34,538 nt of DNA from Thermoanaerobaculia bacterium (GTDB lineage: Bacteria > Acidobacteriota > Thermoanaerobaculia > UBA5066), in NCBI GenBank assembly GCA_035519355.1, contig DATIWM010000050.1, forward strand, positions 1 to 34,538, given 5' to 3'. This document shows, piece after piece, positions 30,958-34,538 of the stretch. Position 1 is the first letter of the stretch, and each line of letters opens with the position of its first letter. The translations under genes were made by a program, and so were the position numbers. The notes beneath the pieces were generated by a model, which was not told the origin of the DNA, made no database searches, and worked only from the letters and a program-made list of their open reading frames with translations.

Positions 30958-32549
30958 TTCGGCCCCCGGGCGGGTTCCTCGATGTTAGCAGCGGCCTGCG
31001 GGCGGAACGGGGGCCGGAGGACGGCGAGCACGTAGAAGACGTAGAAGGGCAAGAGGTGGATTGTCATCCGCCCGAGGCCGACACGGACGAAATTCCGGTA
31101 GCAGAGGCGGTAGTCGGTGAATTCGTACGGCTGGACGGCGGCCACGGGATCGGAGATGAACGGGAAGACCGCGAAGCACGCCACGACCGCCGCGAGCGAC
31201 GCGAGCGTCACGAGGCCGTAGAGCCGCTTCTCCGCCTCGAGAGCGCGGTCCGCCGGCCTCTCCGAGAAGCCGAGCCAGAGGTCGGCCACCGCCGCGGCGG
31301 CGACGGCGTAGAGGGTCGCCCCGAGCCCCTTGTGCGACAGCCACTGCCCCTGCCACGAGGAGACGAACTCCGACAGAACGACGCCGGCCGCCTGAGCGGG
31401 ACCCGGGGCCAGAGCGCGCCATCCGCCCGACGAGCCCTCCAGAAAGCTCCCCATCGACTTGAGCCAGTCCGGACGGAGGAGCCAGGCGGCCCCGGAGGCC
31501 GCGGCCGCCGCGAGCGGAAGAAGAGGGAGGCGCGGGCGGCCCGGAAGGCGCGCGAGGAGCAGGGCCAGCGAGGCCGCGGCGAGATAGTAGATGCCGTCCG
31601 GCCGGACGAGGACCGCGCCGGCGAGACAGAGCGCCCCCCAGGCCCGGTCCGTCCCCGGCGCCGCCGCGACGCTCTCTGAGGGAAGACCGAGGGCGAGAAG
31701 GAGCCCCCCCGAGAGGAAGGCCATCAGCGGTACGTTCGCGTAGTACATCGCCGCGCCCTGCCAGACGTGAACCGTCGAGAGGACGAAGAGAAGCGCCGGG
31801 GCCGCCCCGGCGGGCCAGAGCCGTTCCAGGCGGTCCCGGAGAAACAGCGCGAAGAAGACGACGACGAGGACGGAGGAGAGGCGTCCCTCGAAGAGCGGGT
31901 CGGAGACGCCGAGCGCCAGGAGCGTCGAGAAGAGGGGCGGGTAGTTCGGCTGCCAGCAGGTCGCCAGGGCCTCGAAGAATCCCGACGGCATCCCGAAAGC
32001 CCGGCAGGCCCAGATCGCCTTGGCGTCGAAGTGGACGTAAGGGAAGAACGCGGGCAGCAGAAGCGTCGCGACGGTCAGCGCGGACAGGACGTCCCAGGGG
32101 GAGCGGCGGATTCCCGCCGGCGCCGGCGCCGCCCGATCTCGCCCGGGCGCGAGAGCGGCGGCACCCGAGAGAACGAGGGCCACGGTGCCCGCCCCCGGAA
32201 CGAATCGCCCCGTCACGAGAGCCACCCCGACGGAGACGAGGCCGAGGAGCGCCATCTGCGCGAGGCCGGCCGCGCCGAGGCGTCCGGCGAGAGAGCCGCT
32301 CCCCGTGCGGCGCGCCCAGAGGAGCGATACGGCCACCGCCCCGAGGAGGAGAGGCACCGAGCTTCCCGGCGCCGAGGAGCCCTCCGCGCCGAGGCGCGAC
32401 GGGACCGTGAGGAGATGCCGGAAGAAACCCGACTGCTGGGCGCCGAGGATCGTGACCTGCGCCGCGAGCGCGACGAGGAGGAAGCCCCGGAGGCGGGCGC
32501 GGATGCGCCCGGGCCGGGGGTCGCTCAGACTTTCTTCAGCAGGAGGCAC
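30954..32549 (-). CDS. large polytopic membrane protein (possible GT-C-fold glycosyl/lipid transferase)
   Basis: At least 10 predicted TM segments. FPYVHFDAKAIWACRAF and QPNYPPLFSTLLALGV loops are reminiscent of ArnT/PMT-like enzymes, but this is weak. The track ORF starts at ATG 32639, deep inside fabF. I prefer the GTG at 32549, with GGAGG 9 nt upstream. Confidence 0.55.
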   Translation of the reverse strand: MPPAEESLSDPRPGRIRARLRGFLLVALAAQVTILGAQQSGFFRHLLTVPSRLGAEGSSAPGSSVPLLLGAVAVSLLWARRTGSGSLAGRLGAAGLAQMALLGLVSVGVALVTGRFVPGAGTVALVLSGAAALAPGRDRAAPAPAGIRRSPWDVLSALTVATLLLPAFFPYVHFDAKAIWACRAFGMPSGFFEALATCWQPNYPPLFSTLLALGVSDPLFEGRLSSVLVVVFFALFLRDRLERLWPAGAAPALLFVLSTVHVWQGAAMYYANVPLMAFLSGGLLLALGLPSESVAAAPGTDRAWGALCLAGAVLVRPDGIYYLAAASLALLLARLPGRPRLPLLPLAAAAASGAAWLLRPDWLKSMGSFLEGSSGGWRALAPGPAQAAGVVLSEFVSSWQGQWLSHKGLGATLYAVAAAAVADLWLGFSERPADRALEAEKRLYGLVTLASLAAVVACFAVFPFISDPVAAVQPYEFTDYRLCYRNFVRVGLGRMTIHLLPFYVFYVLAVLRPPFRPQAAANIEEPARGPN

Positions 32550-33787
32550 GCGTTCGTGCCTCCGAAGCCGAACGAGTTCGAGAGCGCGACGTTCACCGCC
32601 CGCTCGCGGGCGACGTTCGGCGTGTAGTCGAGGTCGCACTCGGGGTCGGGTGTGACGTAGTTGATCGTCGGCGGAACGACGCCGTGGCGGATCGCGAGAG
32701 CGGTGATCCCGGCCTCGAGGCCCCCGGCGGCCCCGAGGAGGTGCCCGGTGCTCGACTTCGTGGAGGAGACCGCGAGCTTCCGGGCATGGTCGCCGAAGGA
32801 CCGCTTCAGCGCGACCGTCTCGATCTTGTCGCCGTGCGGGGTGGAGGTGCCGTGCGCATTGACGTAGTCGACCGAATCGGGCGGGAGTTCCGCGTCCCGG
32901 AGGGCGTTCCGCATGACGCGGTACGGGCCGTCGCCGTCCTCCGACGGGGCCGAGATGTGGTAGGCGTCGCCCGACATCCCGTAGCCGGCGACCTCCGCGT
33001 AGATCGGGGCGCCACGCGCGACCGCCCGGCCCATCTCCTCGAGGATGAGGACGCCGGCGCCTTCGCCGAGGACGAAACCGTCCCGGTCCCGGTCCCAGGG
33101 GCGGGAGGCGGCGGCGGGGTCGTCGTTCCGTGTCGAGAGGGCCCGCATGGCCGCGAAGCCGCCGATGGCGAGCGGCACGACGACGGACTCCGTGCCCCCC
33201 GCGATCATGACGTCCGCGTCGCCCCGACGGATGATGTTGGCGGCATCGCCGATCGCGTGCGCCGAGGTCGCGCAGGCGGTTGCGACGGCCGTGTTGGGCC
33301 CCTTGGCCCCGGTCAGGATCGAGATCAGCCCGGCCGGCATGTTGACGATGAGGCCGGGAATGAAGAACGGGCTGATGCGGCGGGGACCCTTTTCGAGGAC
33401 CGTCCTGTGCATCTCCTCGATGAGGGGCAGGCCGCCGATCCCGGCGCCGATGCAGACGCCGACGCTCTCCGCGTTCGACTCGTCGATGACGACGCCGGAG
33501 TCGGCGAGAGCCTCCTTCGCCGCCGCGACGGCGTAATGGACGAACGTATCGAACTTCTTGATTTCCTTCTTCTCGAAGAACTTCTCCGGCTCGAAACCCT
33601 TCACTTCCGCCGCGATGCGGCAGGTGTAGTCCGTCGCGTCGAAACGGGTGATGGGGCCGGCGCCGGATCGGCCCGCGAGGAGGCTCTCCCAGGTCTCGGG
33701 AGCCGTCAGGCCGACCGGGGAGACGAGGCCGATGCCGGTGACGGCGACCCGCCGGCGGCTCCGTCCGTCGAGAAGAGGAGCGGACAT
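32525..33787 (-). CDS. fabF: beta-ketoacyl-ACP synthase II
   Basis: 420 aa from ATG 33787. RRVAVTGIGLVSPVG, active-site ATACATSAHAIG, NAHGTSTPHGD and SSTKSSTGHLLGAAG give the Cys-His-His triad context of FabF. Confidence 0.92.
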   Translation of the reverse strand: MSAPLLDGRSRRRVAVTGIGLVSPVGLTAPETWESLLAGRSGAGPITRFDATDYTCRIAAEVKGFEPEKFFEKKEIKKFDTFVHYAVAAAKEALADSGVVIDESNAESVGVCIGAGIGGLPLIEEMHRTVLEKGPRRISPFFIPGLIVNMPAGLISILTGAKGPNTAVATACATSAHAIGDAANIIRRGDADVMIAGGTESVVVPLAIGGFAAMRALSTRNDDPAAASRPWDRDRDGFVLGEGAGVLILEEMGRAVARGAPIYAEVAGYGMSGDAYHISAPSEDGDGPYRVMRNALRDAELPPDSVDYVNAHGTSTPHGDKIETVALKRSFGDHARKLAVSSTKSSTGHLLGAAGGLEAGITALAIRHGVVPPTINYVTPDPECDLDYTPNVARERAVNVALSNSFGFGGTNACLLLKKV

Positions 33788-33800
33788 CGGGGCGAGAGGC

Positions 33801-34046
33801 TCAGGCCGACTTCGCCTTGCTCTCGATGTAGGCGATGGCGTCCTTGACCTTCTGGATCTTCTCGGCGTCCTCGTCGGGAATTTCGATGCTGAACGCCTCC
33901 TCGAAGGCCATGACGAGCTCGACCGTGTCGAGGGAATCGGCGCCGAGATCATCGACGAAGGAGGCGTCGGGCTTGACCTCCTCGGCCTGCACGCCCAGCT
34001 GCTCCACGATGATGCCCTTGACCTTCTCTTCAACCGAGTTCGACAT
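33801..34046 (-). CDS. acpP: acyl carrier protein
   Basis: 81 aa with GGAGGAG upstream. It has the [17 protein letters not shown] phosphopantetheine attachment motif. Confidence 0.95.
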   Translation of the reverse strand: MSNSVEEKVKGIIVEQLGVQAEEVKPDASFVDDLGADSLDTVELVMAFEEAFSIEIPDEDAEKIQKVKDAIAYIESKAKSA

Positions 34047-34129
34047 CAGACTCCTCCGTTCAGAGTCCGGGGTCGGCGGCCTTCAAAGAACCGCCACCTC
34101 CGGCGCTTTTCACCAGTCCGGCGGCGAGT

Positions 34130-34538
34130 CTACCCGATGTAAAGCCCGCCGCTCACGTTGAGGCATGTACCCGTGACGTACGCGCCGAGATCCGACGCCA
34201 GGTAGAGGACCGCGTCGGCCACCTCCTCGGGCGTCCCCAGGCGGCCGAGAACGATCTGCCGGATCACGGCCTCCTTCGCCTCGGACGGGAGGACGTCCGT
34301 CATCGCCGTGGCGATGTACCCCGGGGCGACGGCGTTGACGGTGATCCCCCGCGAGCCGATCTCGCGGGCCAGGGCTTTGGTGAAGCCGACGACGCCGGCC
34401 TTGGCGGCCGCGTAGTTCGTCTGGCCCGCGTTTCCCATCAGGCCGACCACCGAGGTGATGTTGACGATCCGGCCGGCGCGCGCCCGCAACATCGGTTTGA
34501 GCGCCGCTTGCGTGCACAGGAACGTCCCTGTGAGGTTC
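34130..34538 (-). CDS. fabG: 3-oxoacyl-ACP reductase (partial; 5' end beyond the window)
   Basis: The C-terminal part of an SDR: NITSVVGLMGNAGQTNYAAAKAGVVGFTKALAREIGSRGITVNAVAPGYI...GRLGTPEEVADAVLYLASD. The open frame continues to the window edge. Confidence 0.9.
   Translation of the reverse strand, partial: NLTGTFLCTQAALKPMLRARAGRIVNITSVVGLMGNAGQTNYAAAKAGVVGFTKALAREIGSRGITVNAVAPGYIATAMTDVLPSEAKEAVIRQIVLGRLGTPEEVADAVLYLASDLGAYVTGTCLNVSGGLYIG

Noticed and set aside
32525-32528. A second CTGA-type CTG start for the polytopic membrane protein at the fabF stop.
   Set aside because: There is no good SD, only AAGAAAG. An in-frame GTG at 32549 with GGAGG 9 nt upstream is a more conventional candidate. 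The ATG at 32639 would overlap conserved fabF coding sequence by 115 nt and adds only an Arg-rich shadow-like extension.
1-34538. CRISPR arrays, rRNA or tRNA genes, transposases/IS elements, and prophage or dedicated defence-system genes.
   Set aside because: I could find no regularly spaced direct repeats, no rRNA-like or cloverleaf-compatible sequence, and no ORF with transposase, integrase, nuclease-helicase or other defence-like signatures. The only mobile-type module is the mazEF-like pair.

Overview
This is a very GC-rich bacterial chromosomal window (judged by eye, not computed). GC3 is extreme, so long shadow ORFs appear in most frames. The gene content (TIGR03067-type lipoprotein, DinB/DUF1801/VOC stress-type genes, PSMA-like M28 peptidases) suggests an Acidobacteria-like or similar soil lineage; that is only a guess.

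I call about 46 protein genes and see no rRNA, tRNA, CRISPR array or transposase.

- 1-13.9 kb: a plus-strand array of small accessory or stress-type genes. It includes a RibD_C reductase, three DUF1801-type genes, an Asp/Glu racemase, DUF1697, a TIGR03067 lipoprotein, an HExxH protein, two DinB genes, VOC, a Zn-ADH, purU, YhhN and several small membrane or secreted proteins.
- 14.2-15.5 kb: two tandem paralogous secreted proteins, each an internal two-domain duplication.
- 15.9-17.9 kb: a translationally coupled ornithine carbamoyltransferase and carbamate kinase pair.
- 18.4-24.9 kb: msrA, a macrodomain gene, tag, and a stand-alone error-prone polymerase dnaE2.
- 24.9-25.5 kb: a mazEF-like toxin-antitoxin pair.
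- 25.5-34.5 kb: one long minus-strand gene string, fabG-acpP-fabF, then a polytopic membrane protein, a phospholipase-B-like Ntn hydrolase, and two tandem PSMA/transferrin-receptor-like M28 peptidases.

Most noteworthy observations:
1. A gene caller would probably miss a SelW/Rdx-like selenoprotein. It has an in-frame TGA forming a CxxU motif and a SECIS-positioned hairpin (4283-4549).
2. A roughly 25-30 nt intergenic motif (consensus about CCGCCGCTGAACGCGrTATCGTCA) recurs at least six times in the same orientation just upstream of small plus-strand genes. This suggests a shared promoter/operator or a cassette-like intergenic module.
3. The fab-linked membrane protein / PLB-like / double M28 string has overlapping junctions and non-ATG starts, including a Shine-Dalgarno-supported CTG candidate.
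4. dnaE2 carries two in-frame insertions of atypical codon usage with strong palindromes. Its AT-rich promoter carries direct repeats.

All functional calls come from reading the translated ORFs. No database search was run.
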